A DNA stretch of 64,000 bases from a virus, in the IMG/VR virus record IMGVR_UViG_3300017991_000064, positions 42,875-106,874 of that record; one strand, written 5' to 3'. The stretch's first letter is position 1, and each line of letters opens with the position of its first letter. The notes beneath the pieces are model-generated. The model made no database searches and had not been told where the DNA came from. It saw only the letters and a list, made by a program, of their open reading frames with translations. Of this stretch, positions 8,895 through 16,581 are shown one piece after another. A program made the translations under genes and the position numbers.

Positions 8895-9723
8895 TGTCAC
8901 ATATGTATTCTATGAAAATGGTGTCAAGATGCTTGGGTCTACTAACAATGAATTTGATGTGGGATCAGATGCTATAAGAGATGAACTTCTCCAACGACTC
9001 CAATCAACAATCAGCCATGTTTCCGAGTTAGAATTCCAGGTGAAAGATCTTGAGGCCTCAAAGAACCAGGCCTACAAGGAAAGGAATTTAATGGTTCAAT
9101 TCCTCACCTTCATCTACCCATCATATCTTACTAAGCACCCCGAAGATGATCTTTCCTGGGAACAGGACTGGATGAACATTGTTGTGGTTGATGGTCCTGG
9201 TGGTCAAATGAGTTGGCACATCCATGATTCTGAAATGCTTCTCTTCTCCCATCTGGGGTACAGAGAGAATGATTGGGATGGGCATACCACGGAGGATAAG
9301 TACAAAAGGTTAGAGCATTGTTGCCGAGTAGAGATTCAGAGACCACTAATTGAGAATCCACCGATCGTTAAGTCTCAGGGTGATCGTGATAAAGTAGAAT
9401 TAGGTCTTTGTCTACAGATGATCGATAAAGATAACATCTTTAAGGCCATCGTTCAAGAGATATTCAAACAGAAAGCTGCAGAGAGGGGCTATGTTCTCCC
9501 CGATCAGGACTCTGATATTTCTATGATCAACGGCGAGCTAGAAGAGAAATTGGTTCTTATGGGATTCCAAACAAAGGTGGAAATGGCAGTTCATCGTATT
9601 CCCTACCCCTTTGATAAGAACAAGAAAACCAAGGTAGAGCATGTTGATGTGTCAGTCACTGAAGGAATTGATAAATTCATAGGTGCTATTAAAGGAGCTA
9701 AGGAGGAAAAGAAAGATGAATGA
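8887..9723 (+). CDS. WDGH-motif phage protein with an extra C-terminal domain
   Basis: YKERN..V..L, GQMSWHI and WDGHTTEDKYKRL motifs. Start placed at ATG 8887 (GGGGG SD, overlaps the thyX stop) rather than 8839. Confidence 0.6.
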   Translation: MSNVTYVFYENGVKMLGSTNNEFDVGSDAIRDELLQRLQSTISHVSELEFQVKDLEASKNQAYKERNLMVQFLTFIYPSYLTKHPEDDLSWEQDWMNIVVVDGPGGQMSWHIHDSEMLLFSHLGYRENDWDGHTTEDKYKRLEHCCRVEIQRPLIENPPIVKSQGDRDKVELGLCLQMIDKDNIFKAIVQEIFKQKAAERGYVLPDQDSDISMINGELEEKLVLMGFQTKVEMAVHRIPYPFDKNKKTKVEHVDVSVTEGIDKFIGAIKGAKEEKKDE

Positions 9724-10723
9724 TACCCAACTCATTCAATTGGCGGAGGAAACATTCGGTGGTGCACTTGATGTTATGAAACGAAAGAATGCTGACTACA
9801 CAGCAGGTATGAAGGAGTATGATGCTCTTCTAAACTTTAAGTTGATTGCTTCATTGTTGAATATCTCTCCCTATAAGGTCTGGGGTGTTTATGCTATGAA
9901 GCATATGCTTGCGATCCTTAAGTTCACCAATACTGGTAGGGTAGAAAGTGAAGGTTTATTTGGAAGGGTTGATGACCAGATGAACTATGCCATTCTCCTC
10001 AAGGCACTGGCTACAGATGAGAAGAATGGTGTCAGAATGACCATTGATCTCGAAGAGTACTTCAGAATTCATATGGCAGAAAATGGGGTTCAGAACGATG
10101 ACATCATTGACGATGATGAACCAGAGATTGATCAAGAGTTTATCCAGACGAGATTAAATACAACTCTTGAAGCATTGAAGGAAAGTCTACAAAGGTCAGA
10201 CTCCATTCCTGTTGATGTAAAGAAAATGATCGAGAAAAAGATACAGAGTATGGAAGAGATGGTAACTACACCCTCCACGTCAGATGTGGAAGGAGTTAAG
10301 GTAGTTCCTCCACCTGAGGAGGATACGCTAGTTATTGTACCCATCTCGGATACCCTAGAGGCATTGCTAAAAAGGTATCAAATGGACAAGGAGTCTGTGG
10401 AGAAGACCATTATTCCAAACATCATTTCGATGTTCGAAAGGTTTCAGCAGAAGTTTGGTGATGGCAGAAAATGTATGACTAGAGTAGAAACGTTTAAGAA
10501 ACCCAATAACCTTGAGAAAAAGGTTAGATATTCTGCTTACGTGGTCTTGTACTTAAAACAGGATGAGCATCCTTCTGGAGTACAGATTGACAGAATGGGA
10601 TTCGGGGTTTATGACAGTATTCAAGATGTCACGGTCGCTGGAGAGATGGTGAGTATCGCATTAGAGCGGGTTCATAAAAAGTGTAAAATTGATATCGAAG
10701 TAGCCGAAGCTGTACAATTTTAA
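9716..10723 (+). CDS. DUF1599/nucleotide-modification-associated (MazG-like all-alpha) domain fused to an unknown C-terminal domain
   Basis: KRKNADY...NF...KH..AI...ESEGLFGRVDDQMNYAILL pattern; AGGAGG SD before ATG 9716. Confidence 0.6.
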   Translation: MNDTQLIQLAEETFGGALDVMKRKNADYTAGMKEYDALLNFKLIASLLNISPYKVWGVYAMKHMLAILKFTNTGRVESEGLFGRVDDQMNYAILLKALATDEKNGVRMTIDLEEYFRIHMAENGVQNDDIIDDDEPEIDQEFIQTRLNTTLEALKESLQRSDSIPVDVKKMIEKKIQSMEEMVTTPSTSDVEGVKVVPPPEEDTLVIVPISDTLEALLKRYQMDKESVEKTIIPNIISMFERFQQKFGDGRKCMTRVETFKKPNNLEKKVRYSAYVVLYLKQDEHPSGVQIDRMGFGVYDSIQDVTVAGEMVSIALERVHKKCKIDIEVAEAVQF

Positions 10724-10977
10724 TGAACATGAGTAGAATACCAGAAGCTTTATCTAATGTAATGATGTGGCTATCTGCCTTGAAGGTTAGAGGTCGGATT
10801 TTCTTCCACTGGACAACAAAAGGTAAGGACCTTGAATTCACCCTACGCATTCCAGCCAATGAAGCCATAGCAGTCCCCGCAAAGGAACTTGCTAATCTGA
10901 ACAAAGCACGGAGTGTTAGTGAGAAATTAAGGATCCTTAGACGTATTGCTCTTCTAGTCGAGAATAGAAGAAAATAG
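10723..10977 (+). CDS. small basic hypothetical protein
   Basis: 84 aa ORF coupled to the upstream stop (TAATG). Confidence 0.5.
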   Translation: MNMSRIPEALSNVMMWLSALKVRGRIFFHWTTKGKDLEFTLRIPANEAIAVPAKELANLNKARSVSEKLRILRRIALLVENRRK

Positions 10978-11005
10978 CCTTTTTATAGTATATAAGGAGG
11001 TTCTC

Positions 11006-11374
11006 ATGAGAATGTGGATGGTAGATCCAAAGATAATGTGTAGACAACATCTGTTGGGTGAGCATAGAGAGATGCATGCTCTACGAGGTATGATTATGAA
11101 AGGACTCAGTCTCGATGGCTATGTCCGTAATAATTGTCTTCAGTTTAGGGACATCAAGAAACGCCATGATCGAATTGTTGCTGAAATGATTCGTCGTGGT
11201 TATAATCACTATTCTCCACTCGAAGAAATTCCTGATATGGTCACGATAAAATATAGCTACTTCGTTCAGGAATCAAAGGTTGATGTTGAATCTTCACTAC
11301 AGGATCTACTCCAACGTTGTGTACGATGTTCTAAACGATTCAAAAAGTTAAGGAGGAATAATGGAGAACAATGA
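11006..11374 (+). CDS. pyrimidine-dimer DNA glycosylase / endonuclease V family (DenV-like)
   Basis: MRMW..DP..MCRQHLLGEHREMH and RHD..VAEM..RGYNH.SPL; AAGGAGG SD. Confidence 0.85.
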   Translation: MRMWMVDPKIMCRQHLLGEHREMHALRGMIMKGLSLDGYVRNNCLQFRDIKKRHDRIVAEMIRRGYNHYSPLEEIPDMVTIKYSYFVQESKVDVESSLQDLLQRCVRCSKRFKKLRRNNGEQ

Positions 11375-11675
11375 ACACCTACTGAACAGGAATTTTCACT
11401 TTCACAAAACAAAAGACAAGGAAGGGATTCCGATCATCATGATTATGTCAGTTGAAAATATGGAGGGGACCTTCAAGGGAATAGATCCCCCACTAGAACG
11501 AAATGCAGAATCTGATAAGATCGGAATCCCCAATCCCAAAACTGGAGAAACAGAGTGGATAGAATATTCTCCAGCACCAGACCTAGCACTGAAAGTCGTG
11601 GGGTATCTCACAGACAATGACATGAGAGCGCTAATGGAAGTAATCCCACGAGATATTCATCTCGAGTACATGTAG
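11361..11675 (+). CDS. hypothetical protein
   Basis: 104 aa, AGGAGG SD. Confidence 0.55.
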   Translation: MENNEHLLNRNFHFHKTKDKEGIPIIMIMSVENMEGTFKGIDPPLERNAESDKIGIPNPKTGETEWIEYSPAPDLALKVVGYLTDNDMRALMEVIPRDIHLEYM

Positions 11676-11683
11676 GAGGAATC

Positions 11684-12049
11684 ATGAACTTTATCCGGGT
11701 AGGTTTTCATTTCATGGTGGACAATGCGATCCCTATCCTTTACATTCTTCTTGCTCTCCATATCTTTCTAACTACCCGAAGAGTCTTTTACTTAGAGGGT
11801 AAGATTCGAGAGGTGGAAATTAACCTGGAAGATGTTAAGAGACAATTGGATTACTACGTTGTCTCCACCGCTGATTTCGAGAAGTTCAAGAGTGAAGTAT
11901 ATCTGATTGTGGACAACTTCTCAAGGTACCAGGAAATAACACGTAGAAGTAACGGAAAGTTGAGTCACCGGGGGTTAATGAATTTTCTCAAGAGTCAGCT
12001 CGAGATAGAAAGCTTACAGGCCAAATGTGAAGTTAGTGATGATGATTAG
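11684..12049 (+). CDS. membrane-anchored coiled-coil protein
   Basis: Hydrophobic IPILYILLALHIFL followed by a heptad-rich segment; last gene of the + strand block. Confidence 0.55.
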   Translation: MNFIRVGFHFMVDNAIPILYILLALHIFLTTRRVFYLEGKIREVEINLEDVKRQLDYYVVSTADFEKFKSEVYLIVDNFSRYQEITRRSNGKLSHRGLMNFLKSQLEIESLQAKCEVSDDD

Positions 12050-12486
12050 AATCTAAAGGTGAATGAAACACTCTTCTTTCCATATTCAGTTCCAAAGGGG
12101 CTTACGACATTCCCAAGTTGTAAGCCTTCTTTTTTGTGTAGTTTGGTTAGGATTCTGTTCTCAAGGTGTGATGTAATACGATCACTCATCTCCAAACTCA
12201 TTTCACGTCTCAATGATCTCTTCAGATATTTTCCAAAGGCACCTAATCCCCTTGTCTTCATTTCGTATCTATGGTTCGTAATATAATCACCCGTTGCACT
12301 ACACCAATGCTTTAACCTTTTGTACATTACAAGTTCGGTAGCAGTATAGTATTTAGTAGCTCCACTTTCATCTGCTCTCTTCATCGCTTTTGTCGCTACT
12401 CTTATGAATTGTGTAAATATCAGTAGTACAATTAGATTGAAGTAATTCACAAGTACATCATTTAATAGATCACCAATTAATTCCAT
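12046..12486 (-). CDS. hypothetical membrane-anchored basic protein
   Basis: N-terminal hydrophobic helix; G-rich SD; its stop overlaps the convergent gene. Confidence 0.5.
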   Translation of the reverse strand: MELIGDLLNDVLVNYFNLIVLLIFTQFIRVATKAMKRADESGATKYYTATELVMYKRLKHWCSATGDYITNHRYEMKTRGLGAFGKYLKRSLRREMSLEMSDRITSHLENRILTKLHKKEGLQLGNVVSPFGTEYGKKSVSFTFRF

Positions 12487-12498
12487 TCAAACCCCCCT

Positions 12499-12570
12499 TG
12501 CCAGAATGACAAAACAGTACCAAGATTTCATTTGTTAGGTTTACCAGTGGAAATCCTTAACTTAAATCTC
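12499..12570 (+). repeat. dispersed ~75 bp intergenic element, copy 2 (diverged)
   Basis: TGCCAGAATGA...GTACC...ATTTGTT...AGTGGAAATCC...TTAAATCTC is colinear with copy 1, and shares CAGTGGAAATCCTTAACTTAAA exactly with copy 3. Confidence 0.75.
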
Positions 12571-12757
12571 AACGACCCATATAGGGAAAAATTTGACCCT
12601 TTATTTTATCCCCTTTTCTCCTTCTCTTTAATTTCCTGGTGGTCATCCACATTGAGATCATTTGAATTACTACCATCGCTGAGACAAGAATGGTTCCACC
12701 CATAAGAATGTAAGCAATGGTTTTGAGACTCCATTCGAGTTCAATTATTGTCATCAT
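12569..12757 (-). CDS. small single-TM protein with a basic C-terminal tail
   Basis: TM segment IAYILMGGTILVSAMVVIQMI followed by RKLKRRRK; AGGAGG SD supports a start at 12757/12754. Confidence 0.5.
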   Translation of the reverse strand: MMTIIELEWSLKTIAYILMGGTILVSAMVVIQMISMWMTTRKLKRRRKGDKIKGQIFPYMGR

Positions 12758-12774
12758 ACCTCCTATCAACGGAA

Positions 12775-12802
12775 ATGGGATAGAGAATGAACTCTATCCC
12801 AT
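12775..12802 (-). terminator. hairpin downstream of the holin-like gene
   Basis: Perfect 11 bp inverted repeat ATGGGATAGAG-N6-CTCTATCCCAT; weak U tail. Confidence 0.55.
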
Positions 12803-12842
12803 AACCATGCTCCAAAATATCGTAACGTATGTACGACCTGAA

Positions 12843-13316
12843 TCAGTTACCGATGTTGTTCACCTTGAACACATTCTGTTCCACTAGATGCTCAATGTAT
12901 GCACCGGTATCACCCATGAACTTATCAAGGAGATCCATCTTTTCCTTACCAAGAATTCTCTTGGCCTCGCTGATAACATTCTGTTTGATGACCTTCTTCT
13001 CTGCATCGGTTACCTTAGCACCACCATCGCTATCAGGTGCCTGGGCTTTCTTGTACTCCTTAACCAATGTTTGTTCTGCTGACATGACCAAAGTTTCGAT
13101 TAGTTCAGCCAGGTCCAGCTTGGTTTCGTAGTACTGTATCTTCTCACCCTGTGCCTCTGCGGCAGCTTTCTTCGCTTCCATATCTTTCTCATAGGTATCA
13201 ACGTATTTCTTCACCTTTGAGGAGATCATGGGAAGAAGAACAATAATAGCTGTTTTGATCAACCAGTTCAGTACGAGACTAACGGCCTCTGATGATAGCC
13301 ATTCCATTGTGTTCAC
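12843..13316 (-). CDS. holin-like protein (LL-H type architecture)
   Basis: One N-terminal TM helix and a LVMSAEQ...EKK...IE.LVE..V pattern; close to the endolysin. The true start is probably ATG 13307. Confidence 0.6.
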   Translation of the reverse strand: MNTMEWLSSEAVSLVLNWLIKTAIIVLLPMISSKVKKYVDTYEKDMEAKKAAAEAQGEKIQYYETKLDLAELIETLVMSAEQTLVKEYKKAQAPDSDGGAKVTDAEKKVIKQNVISEAKRILGKEKMDLLDKFMGDTGAYIEHLVEQNVFKVNNIGN

Positions 13317-13362
13317 CTCCGTTTATGTATGTAATCTAATGGTTTACTTATGATTCCTTGTG

Positions 13363-13587
13363 TCACCTCCGTCCCATGTAATATTTGCATCTAATGCATC
13401 TTCCTTTCTGTTTATCCTTTAACCCTTTCCTAAAGTTCCATTTGCCACAATTGTTGCATTTCCGCATGGTAGCTCTTTTCTTAATGGCCCACTTCAAAGA
13501 ACTAAATGGCGCTTTCACAATTCCTACAACTAGATCCTTCGGACTAATGAAGATTCCATGCCCTCGTCTATTGTTAAGAAATTTCAT
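13363..13587 (-). CDS. small basic zinc-ribbon protein
   Basis: CNNC...CIRC motifs; coupled to the endolysin stop (ATGA overlap). Confidence 0.55.
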   Translation of the reverse strand: MKFLNNRRGHGIFISPKDLVVGIVKAPFSSLKWAIKKRATMRKCNNCGKWNFRKGLKDKQKGRCIRCKYYMGRR

Positions 13588-14159
13588 TCCTTCCCCTCCT
13601 TTACGAACTTGGGAAGATAGATAAGATTCAATTTGTTGATTCGATTACTAACTCCGTAGTAGATACTATAGGTCCATATCCTCTTCCGTACGAGAGCAAT
13701 GTTGTATTTATCTCTCATGTCATTAAAGAAGGCTGCAAATCTTTCTACAACAACATTGCTGTAATGATCCTCTCCTCCCAAACAATCTTCTACCGCCTTA
13801 AGTGTAATGGGACCTATGAGTCCATCCATTCTTAGCTGAAGGTCATACTTAATGTTGAGACATTGTTGCATGAGACGAATGGATGTATGTGGTGATGCAT
13901 TGTAGGCAAAGTCCATTACACAGATATCTAACCCTGATGGTAACTCTGAGCATTTGGCCTTTTGCCATCGTGGCATGTATACCTCCTCGAATACTGTTGA
14001 CATCCTCAAGGTTTTATTCTTAATCTGTTCAGCATACTGAGGATACGCTCGTGATGAAACGCCATACATTGTTGTGCCACCTGGATCATCAGGATCATTA
14101 CTCCAGTATCCCTCAAATTCCATTAGAACCGGCCAAAATTTCTTTTCGTTCCCTCTCAT
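13584..14159 (-). CDS. endolysin, glycoside hydrolase family 108 with a peptidoglycan-binding segment
   Basis: EGYWSNDPDDPGGTTMYGVS catalytic motif, D.AYN and DGLIGPITL. Confidence 0.9.
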   Translation of the reverse strand: MRGNEKKFWPVLMEFEGYWSNDPDDPGGTTMYGVSSRAYPQYAEQIKNKTLRMSTVFEEVYMPRWQKAKCSELPSGLDICVMDFAYNASPHTSIRLMQQCLNIKYDLQLRMDGLIGPITLKAVEDCLGGEDHYSNVVVERFAAFFNDMRDKYNIALVRKRIWTYSIYYGVSNRINKLNLIYLPKFVKEGKE

Positions 14160-14181
14160 TGTGTCACCTCCATTTTATGTT

Positions 14182-14637
14182 TCATTCTGGTGTAAACCAT
14201 TCTTTTATGATTTTTGACCAGGTAAGTTGATTACTTTCATTAGGCATTCCCATCACTAGATTCGTATGGTGTGAAAATAATTGGAGATACATATTATAAA
14301 GTGTGGTGGAATACATAAGCACTAATGATCTGGGATTTAGCATGATAAACTGATCTAGAATAAATAGATCTGCCTTAACCTCATCCTTACTAAAATTCAT
14401 CTCATGGGTCATAGCTGTTGAGATAATTAATAGGTTAGGGTGGGAATCGGTAGCTTCATATATTGTATCAAAACGTTCAATCTCAAACTGTAGATTACAA
14501 TTGATGGAACATACTTTGAGAAGTTTTAGAAAGAATTTGTAGTCTACATAGTCATCATACAAATCATCATAACCAGATTCAATAAAAACAGCAGTTCTGA
14601 TAGAACCATTGGATGTTTCATTCATAATGTTTAACAT
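14182..14637 (-). CDS. degenerate receiver-like (pseudo-REC) protein
   Basis: Alternating beta/alpha pattern TAVFIES...HPNLLIISTAM...LVLMYST that resembles a receiver fold, with Ser at the phospho-Asp position. Confidence 0.4.
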   Translation of the reverse strand: MLNIMNETSNGSIRTAVFIESGYDDLYDDYVDYKFFLKLLKVCSINCNLQFEIERFDTIYEATDSHPNLLIISTAMTHEMNFSKDEVKADLFILDQFIMLNPRSLVLMYSTTLYNMYLQLFSHHTNLVMGMPNESNQLTWSKIIKEWFTPE

Positions 14638-14701
14638 ATCACCCCCATGATAATGGTAATTTTTAATACCTACCGAATTTCTGGGGCGATAGGAATAGCG
14701 G

Positions 14702-15397
14702 TTATATTTTTATCTGCCGTTTCCTACGCTTCTTCTTTTTTCTCTTCTTTCCAACCCCGATACCAGGTGGATCCTTGTGTACAGCATAGTAACCTAAGGC
14801 TATGGCATCTGCTGTATCATGAGGAAATTCATCAGGGTCTATGTCATACTCTGATGAAAGGATGATCTTAACAACCTGCTTAACCATGATCTCTTTTCTG
14901 AGTTTCTTATCCCTTAACTGATACTTCTTTGATTTGGATGAAAACTCTTTGGGAATCATAGCTCCTATATGTCTACTCTTAGCTGATGGTCCTACCTTAA
15001 TCAGTTTCACTCCTGGAAAGTAGAGGTGGAAGAGTGAGAAGTAGAGACCATTGAGTTCAGCTAGTTGTGAGAGAACTTTCCTACCTAAGGTATAAATGTA
15101 GTCATCAATATATACTCTTGTGATATTAGCATAGTGCTTTTTGACTGTAGAGATCCATCGGCGAATCATTCTGATGATAATCTCAGGTGTCATTCTCGAG
15201 ACTCCTAATTCAACCTCTTTATCGATCTCTAGGTTCTCGAAATGAATTGTGTAATGATCATAGTATGGTTTACGATCTTTCTTCCGTTTCTTAAGATTCA
15301 GATAACCAAAGTCAACGATTTCCTTGGTGTCCCAATCGAATATCGCAAATCCCATGTTATTCAAACCAGTATCTACCGCTAATACTAGATTACTCAT
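14702..15397 (-). CDS. RuvC-like Holliday junction resolvase
   Basis: VLAVDTGLNNMGFA, VYIDD and HDTADAIALG RNase H-fold motifs; basic C-terminal tail. Confidence 0.82.
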   Translation of the reverse strand: MSNLVLAVDTGLNNMGFAIFDWDTKEIVDFGYLNLKKRKKDRKPYYDHYTIHFENLEIDKEVELGVSRMTPEIIIRMIRRWISTVKKHYANITRVYIDDYIYTLGRKVLSQLAELNGLYFSLFHLYFPGVKLIKVGPSAKSRHIGAMIPKEFSSKSKKYQLRDKKLRKEIMVKQVVKIILSSEYDIDPDEFPHDTADAIALGYYAVHKDPPGIGVGKKRKKKKRRKRQIKI

Positions 15398-15398
15398 A

Positions 15399-15531
15399 TT
15401 GCCTCCGATGCTGTAATGTGGATGTAATGATCATAATAAAAAGAGAGGATACCTGCTCAAAACCAACGATTCATCACAGGTATCCACAATACGGTAGGTG
15501 ACAAACGAACCAAACCATTGATCGGAGGCAA
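15399..15531 (-). promoter_or_regulatory. structured leader of the RuvC-like gene (anti-SD helix enclosing a terminator-like hairpin)
   Basis: An 11 bp perfect IR (15399-15409 / 15521-15531) covers the GGAGG SD. An inner 9 bp IR (15447-15455 / 15477-15485) is followed on the minus strand by TCTCTTTTT. Confidence 0.6.
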
Positions 15532-15540
15532 AACGACCAT

Positions 15541-16047
15541 TTAGATCTGTTCATCATCCGGTAGGAAAACATTTTCAATTGCTGAAATGGAGGCCTCGAT
15601 TCGTGAAGCCATAGATTGGGCCTTGTCCATCATCTGTTCTCCGTTAGTGATTAGATCAAGAGCATTCATTATTCTTTTATGAACCTCACCCATATGAGCA
15701 TTCTTAGGAATAATGGTAATACAATTTCTACCTCGTAGTTCCTCGAGTATGAAACTTTCTGAAACACAAGTGTAAATAACAACTGGGGTGGTTACTCCGG
15801 AGTCACGAAGTTCAATGAGAAAATCCAAGCCAGCTCTACTGTTACCATTGATTCGGATATCGAGCACCAGAAGATCATGTGTCTGAACTTTCATACACTC
15901 TCTTGCAGTGAGAACATCCATTGCCCAATCTACCTGGAGCTTTGCATAATCATCTGGTACTATTTCCTCCAGATATCTTGTCCAGATTCTTCTCATAATG
16001 TGTTCATCTTCCATGAATAGGATACGATATTTTCCATCCTTTGTCAT
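15541..16047 (-). CDS. CheY-like response-regulator receiver protein with a C-terminal helix
   Basis: RILFMEDE acidic pocket, DLLVLDIRI phospho-acceptor Asp, GLDFL, PVVIYT switch Thr and IPK conserved Lys. Confidence 0.88.
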   Translation of the reverse strand: MTKDGKYRILFMEDEHIMRRIWTRYLEEIVPDDYAKLQVDWAMDVLTARECMKVQTHDLLVLDIRINGNSRAGLDFLIELRDSGVTTPVVIYTCVSESFILEELRGRNCITIIPKNAHMGEVHKRIMNALDLITNGEQMMDKAQSMASRIEASISAIENVFLPDDEQI

Positions 16048-16058
16048 AGTTTCACCCC

Positions 16059-16499
16059 TTAAACTCCAATGAAATACTTAATTAGAAGTAGAGAGACAGC
16101 ACCAAGGATACCCCAAAGATACTTGGAGAAGTGTTCCTTAAAACGATGCTTCTTATCTTCCTTAGTCTCTCTAGCTTCAGTATTCTTTTGTACCTTCTGA
16201 AACAGGTCGAACTCGTTAATCTTTTCCATTAATGCACATTGTCCGGTCATACAGGTATGCATCTGTTTCTTTTCAAGGTCTCTAAGAACCTGACGAACAG
16301 ATTTCTCAAACATCTCAATGTTGTGCTTGATGTTGGTAAACTCTAGTTCGTCATCTTTACTCTGCAATTCCATCTGATGAATCTTATTTTTAAGAGCCTC
16401 AATCCCCTCAAGGAGTTTTTCTAGTCTTTCAGGTAACCCTGACATCTGACCCATGAATTGATTCATCTTATCTTGTATTGTAATAGGATCACCTGGCAT
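16059..16499 (-). CDS. coiled-coil protein with a C-terminal TM helix (XhlA/holin-like architecture)
   Basis: Heptad-rich N-terminal part and terminal YLWGILGAVSLLLIKYFIGV; lies directly after the fibre genes. Confidence 0.55.
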   Translation of the reverse strand: MPGDPITIQDKMNQFMGQMSGLPERLEKLLEGIEALKNKIHQMELQSKDDELEFTNIKHNIEMFEKSVRQVLRDLEKKQMHTCMTGQCALMEKINEFDLFQKVQKNTEARETKEDKKHRFKEHFSKYLWGILGAVSLLLIKYFIGV

Positions 16500-16534
16500 T
16501 CTAGCTATCCTCCTTTTCTTTCGTCTGTAGTTGT

Positions 16535-16566
16535 AAAGGGGGGGGCCAGCCCATTAGACCGGCCCC
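16535..16566 (-). terminator. GC-rich hairpin after the 1545 aa fibre gene
   Basis: Minus strand GGGGCCGGTCT-AAT-GGGCTGGCCCC followed by CCCCTTT. Confidence 0.6.
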
Positions 16567-16581
16567 TGGTAATTCATTCCG

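Noticed and set aside
11684-12769. Spanin pair among the small TM proteins
   Set aside because: No lipobox-containing o-spanin was found, and basic residues after the TM helices suggest cytoplasmic C-termini.
15399-15540. c-di-GMP-I riboswitch (fragments such as CGGTAGGT, AAACCATTG, GCCTCCG next to a receiver gene)
   Set aside because: The fragments are not in the order or on the strand needed for the GEMM fold and no GNRA/receptor pair is evident. An Infernal search would settle it.
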